A stretch of 49,177 bases of DNA, filler included, from Perkinsus olseni (lineage: Eukaryota): NCBI GenBank assembly GCA_013115125.1. It is 2 parts of 2 records of this genome, joined end to end, with 100 filler letters (N's around TTAATTAATTAA, not from the genome) between each part and the next. Parts side by side here need not be neighbours in the genome. Positions count along the whole stretch, not along the records: positions 24,797 to 49,177 come from JABANN010000508.1; 1 more part is not named here. One strand, written 5' to 3'. The translations under genes were made by a program, and so were the position numbers. This document shows positions 25,330 to 38,394 of this stretch, piece by piece. The notes beneath the pieces are model-generated. The model had not been told where the DNA came from. It worked only from the letters and a program-made list of their open reading frames with translations, and did no database searches. Each line of letters opens with the position of its first letter. Position 1 is the stretch's first letter.

Positions 25330-25932
25330 CTGGACCAAATCGTACGTCACGTCACGCCAGGCCAGGCCGACAGTCCCGAGTGACCGCGGGAGGCTCAGGC
25401 TTAGTCTTTAATAAAGACTCTTTATTCGCAAGCATCGAAGACCCAAGCTAAGAGGGAATCTCTGGGATTCATCCGAATCCCAGAAATCAGGGGTCTCTGG
25501 GATCATCTTCGACACTCTCGCCGACTCAGTTCTTCATATTTGTATTAGCTTTAGGAACTGAGCTGCTAGCTTGCCTTTCATAGACCATCAATCGACGATC
25601 CGATCACGGTCTCGAGTACATCCGACCACCCCATAAAGCTGCTTCATCCACAGAAGAGATTTCCCGCATCACTTTCGGCGAGCGAGGAGTGATGACCATT
25701 CTTACCGTTCTCCACGACTACAGTACGCATGTACGGAGCTCAGCTAGCGAGAACGCGCGCACATAGCTTTTCATTCGCGAGGCTAGGCACGCGCTAACGT
25801 TTGTTTTACAGCATCCTTGAAGAATTACTCGTTCACAACGGTGAACACTTTCTTTTCTCTGTCAAACCGTTTCCCGCAGACAGCGCTCTCGAGAGCTGTA
25901 CAACTTCGTTGCAGCTAATTTTTCAAAGCGCC

Positions 25933-26043
25933 ATGAACTTTCTTCTATTTCTGTACTTCCTGCTGCTGTTCGCCGAGCACGTCGAAGCCAATTGTTCGAA
26001 TGATGATGAGGAATGGGAGTCAACGTCGTCCTCGAAGATGTGA
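25933..26043 (+). CDS. Very short signal-peptide ORF (36 aa) or relic of the secreted acidic family
   Basis: MNFLLFLYFLLLFAEHVEANCSNDDEEWESTSSSKM*. The leader resembles MNLLLNFFCLLVAIEYCTA at 44712. Confidence 0.4.
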   Translation: MNFLLFLYFLLLFAEHVEANCSNDDEEWESTSSSKM

Positions 26044-26490
26044 AGCTCCTACCGGTCGACTAGGGCGCGGAAGCAGTCCCGATTTGTCTGAGACCTTCAT
26101 GGCAGTCGCATAGGGTTGAGCTGGTAACAGGCTGTTACTAACAGCCGGGCGGTTAACAGCAGCTTCGCGTAGCGTGCATCAGCGGGCACTGCCTGCCAGT
26201 CAGAGATTCCCAGAATTCTATTGTAACTATCAGCAGCCTTCTCTCAGAGTTGTTGTGCAGCATACCGGCGTGAAGCAAAATTCATTCACGAGTTCATTAG
26301 ACTTTTTTCAACTCCGAGAGTACTTCCGTTCAAAGTTTCGTTTCGTTGTTGGTTGAGTTTGAGTGCATCGGGGTGTAGCTCCGTCTGCAGATCCCCAGGT
26401 GTCAGCTTCTCACGACGACTACCCCACCTCACTGTTAACACGAGCACATACTAGGGGAAAACTCCGGCTTCACTCCCTTAGCCTTCTCTC

Positions 26491-29400
26491 TCACTCCAGC
26501 ATGATAAGAAAGCTCATCAACCGAAAAGACAAAACTCCAACTCCGACTCTCTTCTCTACTTCTCTACTTCGATGCACCTCGGTCTCAGCACGGTACGGAG
26601 CCGTACGATGAACTCGAACCCCAGCCGACATACAAGCTGGGTGCGATGCTTCGTCTCTCGAATACTTACTGCCAGTAAGGAACCCTCCATGGCAATTCAA
26701 GAGCAAATCTCGCATCGAAGTTGCGCCACTGAAGCGGAGTGGTTGCTCCACCAATGCCCTACACAACGAGTGACCCAGACTCATGCACTGTAACACAAGG
26801 ACACAATACCCCACGAGACTTGACTCTCATGTGCAGCACAAATGGAGAATCAGCGATTTGCGACTCGCCACCGCCAGCATGCCACTGGTAAGCGGCGTTA
26901 TCATCACAAAACAGCACCTTCGGGAAGTGAACCTGGGTCAGCAGGGGTGGAAACCTGAAGAAGGTCTGTTCATCAACTGAGGATTCCTCAGAAGCCGATT
27001 CTAACGCAGGTGCTGGCGAGGACATATCCGAGACAATAGGCGTAAAAAAATGACACCCGCGGGGTTAGAACCACGAACCTCAGGGACCACGCCCAACAAC
27101 AACCCCACCTCCGCTATTTCCAACTGCCTTTTCTGCAACTCCGTGATCAGCTGTCGTCTCAGCACTCGCTTCTCTTCATCGGTCAACTCCAATTTAGCAT
27201 TGAGAACCTCCATATAAAACGGAGGTGGCCAGTGGAATCAGGTGTTGGGGTCTCGGTCGTTCTTTTCTATTCCGAAAATGATATTTATTCTCCTCAGGCT
27301 TCAAGTTGACTTAGCGCGCGCCCGGAACGAACAATCGCCATTCAAAAACATCATAGCGATATAAAACGGGGTTCAATAAGTCTCTCCTCGGCCCCAAACG
27401 CACTCCCAAGACCGCCTTCCGCGCGTTAAACTGAAGCCTGGGGCCGCTTCTGAAATTCAGGAGAGGCAGCATTCTATTGAACATCCTCACAACCTCCATG
27501 CCACACCGTAAGCGCCGAGTGAAAATGTCCGCATTAAACGTTCATTTGTATGGAGAGCAATGATGAATCGAACCTGTATTATCGAGCACAAGTCAGCCAC
27601 GCAAGAGAATCTTATGTCCAACCCTTGAGCACGCAGCTGACTGAGAAGATACCTAACAAAATAACATATTGGAGACACCTCGGTCAACTGGCACGGTAAT
27701 ACGAGGTACGACGGGATAAATCACCCATCTTCAGATACCAGCGTTTATGCGAGATAAGCGCTCACTTTCTTCTGTCTTTGGGGTGCTTTGCTAAGTTAGC
27801 CTCGGTATTCTGCAAAACCTCTCTCACCGACCATGTATCCGAGACTGAATCACGGAGGTCCCCGGTTCGATCCCTGCAGTCGACAACGTTACCTTCAGCC
27901 GGTACAGGCTCGGTGAACACGAATCTGTCCACAGTAGTGGTCATCGGCACTGAGCTTGGCTCGCCCGACTTGGACGTCTTCACCTCCTCTGAACGACGGC
28001 AAAACTGTTGAACACATGACCATCGCCGAGGAAGGAAAATTTTTCAGAGAGATGCAGGACTGTGAATGGTGACGACGAGGAGATACTTTACAAAAAATTT
28101 CACAAAAAAAACTAGTAAACTACTAGTTTTCGCCGAAAACTTTTCGGCTGCCCATACCTTGTAAAATTTTCCTTGGTTCATTAGTAGTGAACCTCTTGGC
28201 CCTCTTGACCCATCTTGCAGTTCCTCAACGCTGCTCACCATGTCCAGCAACCTCTCCCTCGAGCAGCGCTATTCTCTCCATCAGCGCCCGATTTGCTCTG
28301 GTCAGTCTCTTGCACATAGTTTCCCAATCGACGCGGTCAGTGCATCTAACCTGAGATTGTGGGAAATCTCTCGGAGGCAAACCCCGGTCGTCTAGGGCTC
28401 GAACGGAGCCTTAAGATAGTCTGTTCATCATATCTTAGGTCGAACCAGGTTACCCACAAGGTCAAAATATGCGTCTCTTTCTTCGAAGGGGCTGTGGCAA
28501 GTCGAAAAATTCATCAACCATTTTACCGCCACGGTGACTAAGATTTCGCTCACACTGTTAATGAGTCTTGAGCATCTCTGCGCAAATCGACAGGTCGCCA
28601 CGCTCTCATCAAAGGCCTCCAAGTTCACGGCAATATTAGCAACCATCACCGTCATACAGTTACCCGCCAGGGAATCTCTCAAAACCTGCGAAACAAAAAT
28701 CGCTTCGCTCCGCTAGACGTATCTTAGCTCACCGAGGTTAACAACGAGTTTCGATACGGTACGTGAAACCGCTGGCCGTTTGCTTTCAACTGAAGACTGT
28801 TGATAACTTGCTCGAGAAAATGCAGCGATCGATTGATGTACTTGGCCTCTTGCAACACCTAAATGGCCATCACTTGCTCTCTTGCATTTCCTCAGCTCTC
28901 TACAGCCACTCGACCGAACTACTAAAATACGATTCCCTGTCATTCGCGTTGTTGAGTTGCGTCACGCGCCGCTAAAAGAGCAAAACTTGCTATTCACTTT
29001 CATTGTTCCAACCAAGCCTCAGCGTGGCCAGAGCAAGTGGCCAAGACTTCACCTGCGAGTTGAGGTTGTTCTTCTTCCAAACTCTTTCGCTGCCAGCCAG
29101 ATCCACCAAATGCAATTTCCACCGCCTCAGTAAATCGGTACCGGTCTCTTTTCCGGGCGCGCGCTGAATATAATAAAAAGACTTGTGAGTATTAGAAAAC
29201 CAGGGTTCTTATAATAGTCGGGAAAAAATTTCGCTTTTGGCTGCTTATTGTAAATATTTGTGGTGATCCATTGTGTTTACTTCCTTAATTGTGCGCGGAT
29301 GTGTCCCTTAATTGATATCTTCCGTAGATCGGACACAAGTTGTGCTAGTAGAGAGACTAGCGTAATGCTCAATAATATTAATAACAGATTCCTCTAAGAA

Positions 29401-32400
29401 TCCACTAGAGTTGGGTTTGGTACATCAATGACTCACGATAATATTATCCCAACCTATTTGGGCATTCGACAAGTTTGGTATTTCGTCATCGGTCACTGTC
29501 GCTGTTTGATCGCAGTGCCAAATGCAGGGGAAGCCCCTCTGTTCGCCCACAATGAAAATTTATTTCATCTCATGGAATTTTTTTATGGAGCAAAATACGA
29601 TTTGTAGAAACTTTACGCACTTCTGCTTATATAAATGGAGTGATCATATAATAACCAAACACTTAGCGGTGGAACTATTTTACCTCAGAAAAAATGGAGA
29701 AATTCCAACTACATTTTTGCAAAAATTACTACTGCGACTCAGCCCCTAGCAAGCCCTCTTCATCAATTCAGAGCAACAGAAGTCAAAATCAACAGGTTTC
29801 GGTTTCGTCCAACTAGAGCCTCATTTCACTAATTAGTTTTCCCTCCTTCTGACGCTTCCTGTGAGGACGCCCGCGCAACCTTACCTCCCGATTACAAATT
29901 TCTTTCGTCCCCGTCTTTTACCTGCTCGACCTCGAGAGTGAATATCGTATGACTCCTGCTAGACGCCATGTTAGCAGCTGTACTGGACACCATACGGTTA
30001 ACCTAAGATACGAAATATCTTCCGCACCGCAAAGATTTTCCGCAACGCCCAAACAGATGCGGTAATTCAACAGTCGCGGTTCCATCTCTGCAACTTCACC
30101 GATGCCATAAGCCATGCGGAACGGGCTGCGGCAGAGGTTAGTAAACCATTCTCGAGTTCAGAATGGATGGCATATTCTGGGCGTTTTTGAATTGGAAATT
30201 AATTTTAAATTTCGGGTCCATGCCTTTTTCTTTCGCGCCTGGTTCCGACCACCCCACTTTGGAGTTCAACTGCTTCAAATTTGTCGAAAATGAGGTTGTT
30301 TTCTTTGGCCTCGAAATACAGCATCTCAAATTGAAGCTTCCACTGTTGAGATCTCGCAAATTTCGGTCACGGCGGCTCAGCTTGAGATGAAAACGGTGGA
30401 GACGCCGGTGCTCGACCGCAACAGGAAATCATACGCTGACTAGCACCATGTACATTGCCCAGCATGAACATATCCAAGGCCTCCTCTTCGGAATCTGTCG
30501 TGTGCAGGGAGAGATTGCGGAGTACCACTTCGCCGTTCTCATCTTCCAAAATGCTCACCTGACCAGCTCATGCTTACACTCAACAACAGACAACGAACGA
30601 AGAATTTCTTGCTCTCTTGCGCTTCCTCACACTTCCTCAACGGAGCGTCCGAGAACGGAACCAGATTTTTTCAAACATCTTGAGATCTCAGGCACTCTTG
30701 CAATTTCTCAATGCTCACAGGAGAAAGATCAAAGCTTTTTTCCCTCTCACCTTGGGCCAGTTCTCGATCGGTGTTCTTGGACTAACGCTTTCCCCCAGGA
30801 GATCATAAGCATTCTCATTGTACACTTCTAGATAGCTCACCGAGATCTGAACAAAGATACTCACAAATCGATCACGTGATCGATTATCCTCCTCACGTTC
30901 GTGACTGCTCCGGGGATCGAGCTATGATAGCGCTTGACAGCTGCGAATAGCTCTTCGATGCACCTTGGGATGATGCCCCTCTCCGCATAACCTTCCCCAC
31001 CACTCATAGTGTATCTTGGAAAAACCCGTTAGAAAAATTCTCAAGTGGAAACGAAAAAACGAATAATCAAACAGAGCAAGTCTTCGAAAATATTATTCAT
31101 ATATCAATTCAATATAATTGTTAATTAGAATTATTAATATACTGTATATTCAATATCGATTCGAAAAATCAGGAAAAACGAAAAAAATTTCCCGGAAAAA
31201 AACGGCGAAAAGTCCAGCGAATTACTTACGTTTTCCCGCTGCCAGTTTGGCCGTAACAGAAAATACACCTGCAAAGGACATCCATGAACGACAAAATTAC
31301 CGGTCCCGAGGAACGAACCTTGGTCGACAGATACGCGGCCGCATTGACCAACCATTATATTACTCACCCATTGTGACCGCTCATGCAGCTCTCCAACACA
31401 GGCAATGCCACTTCTCTGAACGACTCCTCTTGACTCACCTCCGTACCCAGCACTCGATGAAACGGGAAAGTGTATCTTCCAATGGTAACTCAATCCCAGT
31501 TGCTCGACGAACTGCTAACAACGCAGCTGAGCCCGGTGTCGAGTATGAACCACCATCGACTCCAGACTTCCTGAAGCTTTGCGCTGCGAGTGGCCTAATT
31601 TTTGCATGTGGATTTTATTCGTTAACACAGAGCGCAACTTCCGCGTAGCCCGGGCTTGGACTGAGTGACTCGACCAAAAGAAAGATCGTGCCCAAATCTA
31701 CTACGAATCCCTCCCGAACAAGTCTCTCGATGTTCTGCCCGGACCAGTATCTGTGAAATGGAGACGATAGACCCAGACTAAGGTTAATAACGATACCAAC
31801 GAGCCAATCATAACAAAAGGGAAGCAACTGATGTGACGGAATAACAAATTAGGAAATGTCTTACAACGGCCGTTCTCCGACGGTCGCCGATACCGGAATT
31901 CCCGACAAAAAAATCCTCGACAACAAAGACCCGCTGCCAAGGCATTCGCTGTCTAACATATCTCACGGCGAATTTTACGGCTAGGCAAATCTTATTACCA
32001 TCCTCACACTTCATCCGAAGCATAGCCCCCACTACCCTGTCGCCGGGGCGTTGAGGGGTAACCGAGGCAGCCAAGTCGTTGTCCTTCGAAATTACTTCAT
32101 ACCTGTAAGGAGAAAGTCAATATGATAAGACGAATCAAGGGGTTTGTCGTGGCGACCGGACACTTTTCAAGGGTATGACCCGCACAGGGATAAGGTTGAA
32201 GGGATGGCCATCAATTAGAGCTGCCCACGTTCACGATTGTGGTACTGGAAGGAAAATGCAGCTACTACAGCGGCTGCGCAAGTTTGAAAGGGGGCCCACT
32301 TTTCTTCGAACAATCGCCTCCGATGAAGCACTTACCAGAATCCCCTGGGACGGCTCCGAAGTCCGCGCTCGGCCGGTACGTGCAGAGGCCTCAACCTTGC

Positions 32401-32904
32401 AAACGTCCGTAGTGGCTTCTGTTGGAAGCCTTTGGGTCGAACAGGATCGCCGTCCTGACGTCGAAATGCGATTCACGGGGATTTTCCGGAACGCTAGAAA
32501 CAGATTTCACGAGTCTCCTGAATCCACTCGCGCAGTCCGGAAAATAGTCTCGCCGTCGGGAGAGCTGCTCAGCGACTTCAGTACCAACTTGAGATTTCGT
32601 CGTCAATTCTAGCTTCGCATTAATGCTAGTTCGTCTACACGAGTGCTGGCTCATCCTCCTACTACTCTGAGTTGCGCACAGGAAGCTCACTACAGAGCAC
32701 GGAGAGGTCCAACGCGGATTCAAGTGATAGCATTCTCGGCGTTGCGTCGAAGACAACTTGAAGCCATCCGAGGTGCCCATCAGCAGCAGCAAGCTCACTT
32801 TCATATATTCTTACCACTGACAGATCATCGACCGACTCCGGAGGGGATCCTGCTGCCGTTGATTCTTCTACAGTGTAGCTGCCTCCTCGAAAGGATGCCG
32901 ACAT
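26491..32904 (-). CDS. Kinesin-9 (KIF6/KIF9-like) motor protein, many exons (3' end approximate)
   Basis: Exons in order: LRTFARLRP (about 32410), YTFPFHRVLG, CIFCYGQTGSGKT (about 31230-31270), YTMSGG...RGIIPR, LEVYNENAYDLL, EDENGEVVLRNLS, NMASSRSHTIFT, KLHLVDLAGSER, EAKYINRSLHFLEQ, HVPYRNSLLT and LRDSLAGNCMTVMVA. Confidence 0.9.
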
Positions 32905-33465
32905 TCTCTCGAATATCTGGTCGAACTACAATTCTCGCAATGGAACACGAATACCCTTGCCGTGACTTCGGCATCCCTTTTTTTACAGTAACACGAATTT
33001 CGTCTTCAAGGGCAACGAGTAGGAGTGCTGCGGGCTGACGGATAACTGAGAGATAGTCAACTGTTGCAGCAGTCCGTTAGTATGCAGCCCCACTATGACG
33101 AACACCACGACCGATGGGTGGCAAGAAAGGCTCTTAATATATCATGTGCTATAGCGTAACATACTAGCTACGCGAGTAAAGGGTGAGAACAACGCGTCGA
33201 GCTATACTCTAAGATTGCTCGCCATAGTGACTACAATGACGCTTATGTCTTCTTCTATAACATAACCTTAGACGATAACCATTCTATCGGCGTTGCAACT
33301 TATGCTGTTATGCAACAGAGAGGGAGGGATCATGATCGCGTCACCGAGCATCTTACTTGTAGCCGCCTTGGAAGCGGGAGGGTTACAGAACAGTAGGACT
33401 CCCTGTACGCATACACAGGCTGTGGATGGCCACACGGCGGAGGTGTTCATGAAGGTGATTGTCGT

Positions 33466-33477
33466 GTACATGCGTGC
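33466..33477 (+). promoter_or_regulatory. Candidate cis-element GTRCRTGCGTGC (also at 35250, 36709, 44767-44778 minus, 47773-47784 minus)
   Basis: The same 12-mer lies in the same relative orientation 58-66 nt upstream of five signal-peptide ORFs. Confidence 0.5.
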
Positions 33478-33524
33478 CGGGGTGTGCACGCGTGCAGTTG
33501 TTAATTCATCGTGACGAGCTGACA

Positions 33525-33701
33525 ATGAACCTACTGTTCATCACGTATGGTCTGTTGATGCTCGTAGAGCTGATCCCCGCCGGCGGCCCGTCCAAAGATG
33601 ACGACAAGGAAGGCCTCATCACTGCAGCTCCGGCGTCCAAAGACGAGGACCCTAGCCCCAGCCAAGACAACCCTGGTTACAAAGGCCCGGTGGCGCCCTA
33701 G
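33525..33701 (+). CDS. Short secreted acidic protein (58 aa) or truncated pseudogene
   Basis: MNLLFITYGLLMLVELIPAGGPSKDDDKEGL... has a hydrophobic leader followed by a D/P-rich segment. Confidence 0.5.
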   Translation: MNLLFITYGLLMLVELIPAGGPSKDDDKEGLITAAPASKDEDPSPSQDNPGYKGPVAP

Positions 33702-34584
33702 CATGACGGCAAAGCTTCGGTGAACTACGACGGTTGGAGCAGAGGCCCTTAAGATGACGTCCGTTTAGAGTGTTACTGATTCACTCAGTACTTCTCACTT
33801 TTCGAGCACTTAACCAATACGAACTCACGAAGTATATGGTTCTGTTTTGCTTTTTTATTGTCACCCACTGCGCGAAGTCAAGCTGAGGTTCAATAGTAGT
33901 TACATGCTTGCGTGGCTGCAAGAATAGAGTATTGTATTCGACGGCGATGCCCACAGCGAAATGGATTTCGCATCATCCTCGTTTTCCCGGGTCTCTAGCT
34001 GGTCACTTTTCCTTTTCTGGGAACATCAGATTCTGAGAGATTCTTCCAACCGAACCTACGGTGTTGAGTAACGGAGTCCCTGGCGCTAAGAAATCGACTG
34101 AAGCTTCTGCTTTGCCAAAGGAGACGTGGCGGAGAGACTTCTCCAATGTGCCTACAAAACACAGTTGAACCATGTGATCACTAGCTGGATCGTGCTCGCG
34201 TCCAGATTCTGGACTCCAGAAATCTCCCAACATCTCGACTACCGGTGGCAGCCTGTAAGACAGAATCAGCTAAAGATGCCAGAAGATTCTGAAGACCGTA
34301 TGCTCACAAACGGGAGAAGAGATGCCCTCGTTTGGCCAGCCGATGGGACTCTCATTATGGGAGCCTCGATTCCTGTGCTTTCTGTAGTGTCCTTCGCGAA
34401 TGAGACGCAGTGGCGATGAGAATAGACTATCCTGCATCGCAGTTGACAGCACAACGCATCGAAGAGCTACATTCCGAGCGCGAAATCTCCTTAGAGACCC
34501 TCTATTAGAGGGTTTCTGCTGGTGTGCTTAGTAAGCTCACCAGCAGTGCTAACCCAGCATAATGGATCAAATGGGGCAATACTG

Positions 34585-35178
34585 GAGCCGATTAAAGTGC
34601 TCTGATCTCCGAGTTCAAGTTCTCGGAAAAGCGGCTTTTCCGAGCTCGGAAAAAAACTACGAATTTTCCCAGTTTTTCCGAGCTCGGAAATCGTGTTACT
34701 CGGTTGCGAGTGAGACGATTCCTCCAGCCGATTGAAATGCTCTGATTTTCGAGTTCGAAAAACTTACAGAGTCTTTCGACTCTCAGAAATCCTGACCCGA
34801 GCTCCGAAACCCCACAAAACCGCTCGCCGACAATGAGCGCTCACTCATAGAAAATCATAGAGTTTTCGCCAAGATATCCCGAGAGGAAGGAAGCTCCTCG
34901 CACGCAAAGATTCGCGACGTTCCACTCTTCCCGAGTGAGTGGGGAAACACCAAAATATCGAGTGTTTTTCCGAGACCGAGCTCGTGATGCCGTTGAACAC
35001 TTTAATTCGGGGAAAGTGACTTGGTCCGAGTTCTCGGGAGAAGCCCTCGGGAAATTGACTTTTCCGAGGGATCGCACTTAAATCTATGGACTCTCGGATT
35101 GGGATTTCCAAGACTCGGAACTCGGTAACCGAGTACTCGGACTCGGAACTCGGAACGCCCTAGCACTTTAGTCGGCTC
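34585..35178. mobile_element. Non-autonomous TIR element (Harbinger-like MITE), about 600 bp
   Basis: Inverted termini TGGAGCCGATTAAAGTGCT (34583-34601) and AGCACTTTAGTCGGCTCCA (35162-35180), 19 bp with one mismatch. No convincing ORF. ACTCGG/CCGAGT repeats. An internal degenerate TIR copy lies at about 34726. Confidence 0.75.
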
Positions 35179-35246
35179 CAAGTTTGTTACGGATATTCGG
35201 CGTTGAGTCTTGAGCTTATCGAACTAGGCTGCTCAGTACCAGATAC

Positions 35247-36587
35247 CGTGTACATGCGTGCCGGGGTGTGCACGCGTGCAGTTGTTAATTTACCGTGACG
35301 AGCTGACAATGAACCTACTGTTCATCACGTATGGTCTGTTGTTGCTCGTAGAGCTGATCACCGCCGGCGGTCCGTCCAAGGAGAATGAGGACGTGGACAC
35401 TAACGAGGGCCAGGATAACACTGATTTTGAGAAGTTTGTGGCGCCCCTACTAGAAGGCGATTTCTATGCCTCAGTTTATTATGACGGTGAGAGCGGAGAT
35501 CACTAGGATCAAGCTGACGTCCGTTAAGGGTGTTGCTGATTCACTCAGTACTTTTTACTAGTCGAGCAGTTAACCATTACGAACTCACGAAGCATGTGGC
35601 TAGATTCTCTTTTTACTCACACCCACTACGTGAAGCTGAGCTGAGGTGCCGTGGCTGTTGTATGCTGACATGGCTACAACAAAAGCCTACAAAAATAGAG
35701 TGTTGTATTCGATGGTGGTGAAACCGAAATTGATTTCGTATCGTACTTGCTTTCCCCGGCCTCCGTAGAGCTCGGCTGGTCACTATCTTCTTTAGAATAT
35801 TTACCTTCGATGTTTTGAGATCAATTTCATCAGATTTTGAGACATTCTTCCAACTGGACCTCCGCTGTTGAGTAACGAAGTCCCTACTAATAGGAGATCG
35901 ACTGGAGCCTCTGCCTGTGCCCGGGTGGAGAGACTTCTGCACTGTCTCCATAACACAGCTGAACCTTGGGATCACGAGTTTAAACATACTCACGTCCTGT
36001 TATTAACTCGCGCCATCTCAACTACAGTAGTTAAGTAGTTGAACCACTCTACTCTTCTATCTTGTTCACTATGAACCCAATCGACCTACGTTGTGTTCCA
36101 CAACTGCACCTACTGCAACGAGGAAGTGCACTTACGCCTCGTGTTACGCAGTTATGACGGTTCAGGTATTCCCACCGTCACTCCTGCGTTCCACCTCTCC
36201 CAAACTCCCGGGAATTAGAGCGGCTTTTACAACTGCACCTACTGCAACGAGGAAGCGCACTTCCCTTGCCCACAGCCAGGCACGTGCGTCTGCAACAGGC
36301 AGTTGGTGGCAACCTGGAGGACAGAATCAGCTCATAATGGCACGTTAAGAGTTTCGGGAGAGCGTATGCTCACAAACATTTGGCCACACGCATGGAGCTC
36401 GGCTTTTTCTTCTTTGATAGAAGAAGAAACGGGGCTCCACTCGGGTGGCATACGCCGATAGAAGCTCTATCCGCATTGCTCTTCGCGGAGGCCAATGGGC
36501 GGAGTGGCATCGAGGATAGGTTATCCTGTGCCGTAGTTGACAGTAAGACTCATTGCGAAGCTAGATTCTCATCGTGAGGTCTCCTTG
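35247..36587 (+). repeat. Segmental duplication copy 2, with a roughly 300-bp extra insert (about 35995-36300)
   Basis: Colinear with 33463-34492. Confidence 0.85.
35309..35506 (+). CDS. Short secreted acidic protein (65 aa) or truncated pseudogene
   Basis: MNLLFITYGLLLLVELITAGGPSKENEDVDTNEGQD..., paralog of the ORF at 33525. Confidence 0.5.
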   Translation: MNLLFITYGLLLLVELITAGGPSKENEDVDTNEGQDNTDFEKFVAPLLEGDFYASVYYDGESGDH

Positions 36588-36766
36588 AAAGCCACCAAAG
36601 CTCGCCAGAACAAAAGATGAATGGAGTAAGGCAATTCGAGACCGAGTTCGATTGCTCGTCTCAGGCTCTAGGGGCGATGGGCAATGAGCGCGCATGCGCA
36701 CATTGCTTGTACGTGCGTGCTGAATCGCCTACCGCACCATTTCCAACTCTTGGATTCCTTCATACC

Positions 36767-37105
36767 ATGAGACTCTCCCGACTGTGCTGCTGCAGCGCTC
36801 TTCTAGTACTTGCAAAACAGTCTATCGCCTCCAAGGACGTTCCCGCTGAGATCTTGGAGGTCTCCAAGTGGTATCTAATCTCGGACGCCGAGCCGCTCGT
36901 GGATGACAAGAACAGTTCGATCGGCGAGAACGCCGCTGAAGCTTACGCCATTCCCTTAGTGAGACTACTGGCACCCATTCTCTCTACGAACGACGGTGAA
37001 AACGAAGAAAGTCGGCCGTCCTTCCGAGGTGGTCATGCTGTCCAAATCGATTGGTTCGAGCTACAAGACTGGGCGAGTCCGATGAGCACAAGCGATGGCG
37101 AATGA
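36767..37105 (+). CDS. Short secreted acidic protein (112 aa)
   Basis: MRLSRLCCCSALLVLAKQSIA|SKDVPAE... has a signal-like leader and a D/E-rich mature part. Confidence 0.5.
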   Translation: MRLSRLCCCSALLVLAKQSIASKDVPAEILEVSKWYLISDAEPLVDDKNSSIGENAAEAYAIPLVRLLAPILSTNDGENEESRPSFRGGHAVQIDWFELQDWASPMSTSDGE

Positions 37106-38394
37106 TGGCACAATGATAGCATTCTCATTCGACAACATCATCACATTCATTTCGAGTTCTCTTTATCGTAGTCCTTTTCCGTGCTCTATTGCATGAGCCT
37201 CCGCACGCCAACAACAACTCATTGCCCATCGCCCTTCAGAGACTTTCAATCGATTCGAATGGATACATCATGACTTGAGTTCAGTCTGAGGGCTCTTCTG
37301 AGTAGCAGCATCATTGACTGCTCATAACGATGCTACTCACGTCTCAAATGAAAGTTCAAAACTGTAACAAGTGGCCACTTCCGTCAAGGGTCCCTAAGCT
37401 AAGGAGTCCTTCGAGAAGTGGTTACTGTACCCAAGAGCGGTCACGTAGAAGCCACTGTTCCTCGAAGCCGCTCTAAGGAGGCCACTTAGTGGGCCAAGGT
37501 AACCTTGGCAAGGTTCGCACTGACGCTGATCGAGATAGTGGGCAATACCGAAATCAGATCTTCAGAATATATCCTCTCGCCTCGTGATTGCTCCAACAGG
37601 AGCTGTTCCCTCCCGCTGATAAGCGGGAAGCCCTCTCCTCCCACTTAGAAAAACACAACAGTCACGACCTTGATATTGCGTGCCTTGATACCAAGTCACG
37701 ACCTCTACAGCGAAGGAAAGCAATACCAACACTGTAAAAACAATAAAAGTCTAGCGTAGCCGATCACAGCAACATACCTAATACGTCCATCAGCGAAATG
37801 AGTTGACACGAGACAGATAACATACTCCAACTCCTCATACCACACTAACCGCAATCAATGTCATGTAGCTTGCACTAAGCGTGGTCAGCAACCTCAGATT
37901 CTTGCTTCTTCATCATCAATTTGAAGAAGGAAACGACGACGCTCAGCAGTGATCGACCAGAAGAGGAACCACCGATGGTTTCATGAGACGAGTACAAGGT
38001 CTTGCCGAATAGCCCAACCAGCTATCGAGAAAAAATTTAACAATCTTTTACCTAGCGCAGTTGAGAGTAGTAGCGATACATTGGGGGCGATGATAGGAAT
38101 GGTGCAAATACAGAAAATCTAGTGGAACTATCGCTGTAAGCACTTAGTCAAATCGCTGGTGATGATGATGATGATGATAAGAAGTTGACAATGGTGATGA
38201 ACTACGGTACTAACAATCTCTCTTATAATGTCTATAACGTAGGAGCTTAGAAACAAGTATACTACTCGAGAAGCTGTCATCGAAAACCTTCTTAGAGAGC
38301 CATGAACGACAACAGGGTAGAAAAATGAGACCGGAACGAAAAAAAACTTATGTTAGAAGGAATTATATTTCTTCCAGTTGGCCAACAAGAGAAG

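Larger units (their letters stand above)
33463..34492 (+). repeat. Segmental duplication copy 1 (paralog of 35247-36587)
   Basis: Near-identical upstream region and signal-peptide coding sequence, then colinear diverged similarity through GACAGAATCAGCT, GTATGCTCACAAAC and AGTTGACAG...TCTCCTT. Confidence 0.85.
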
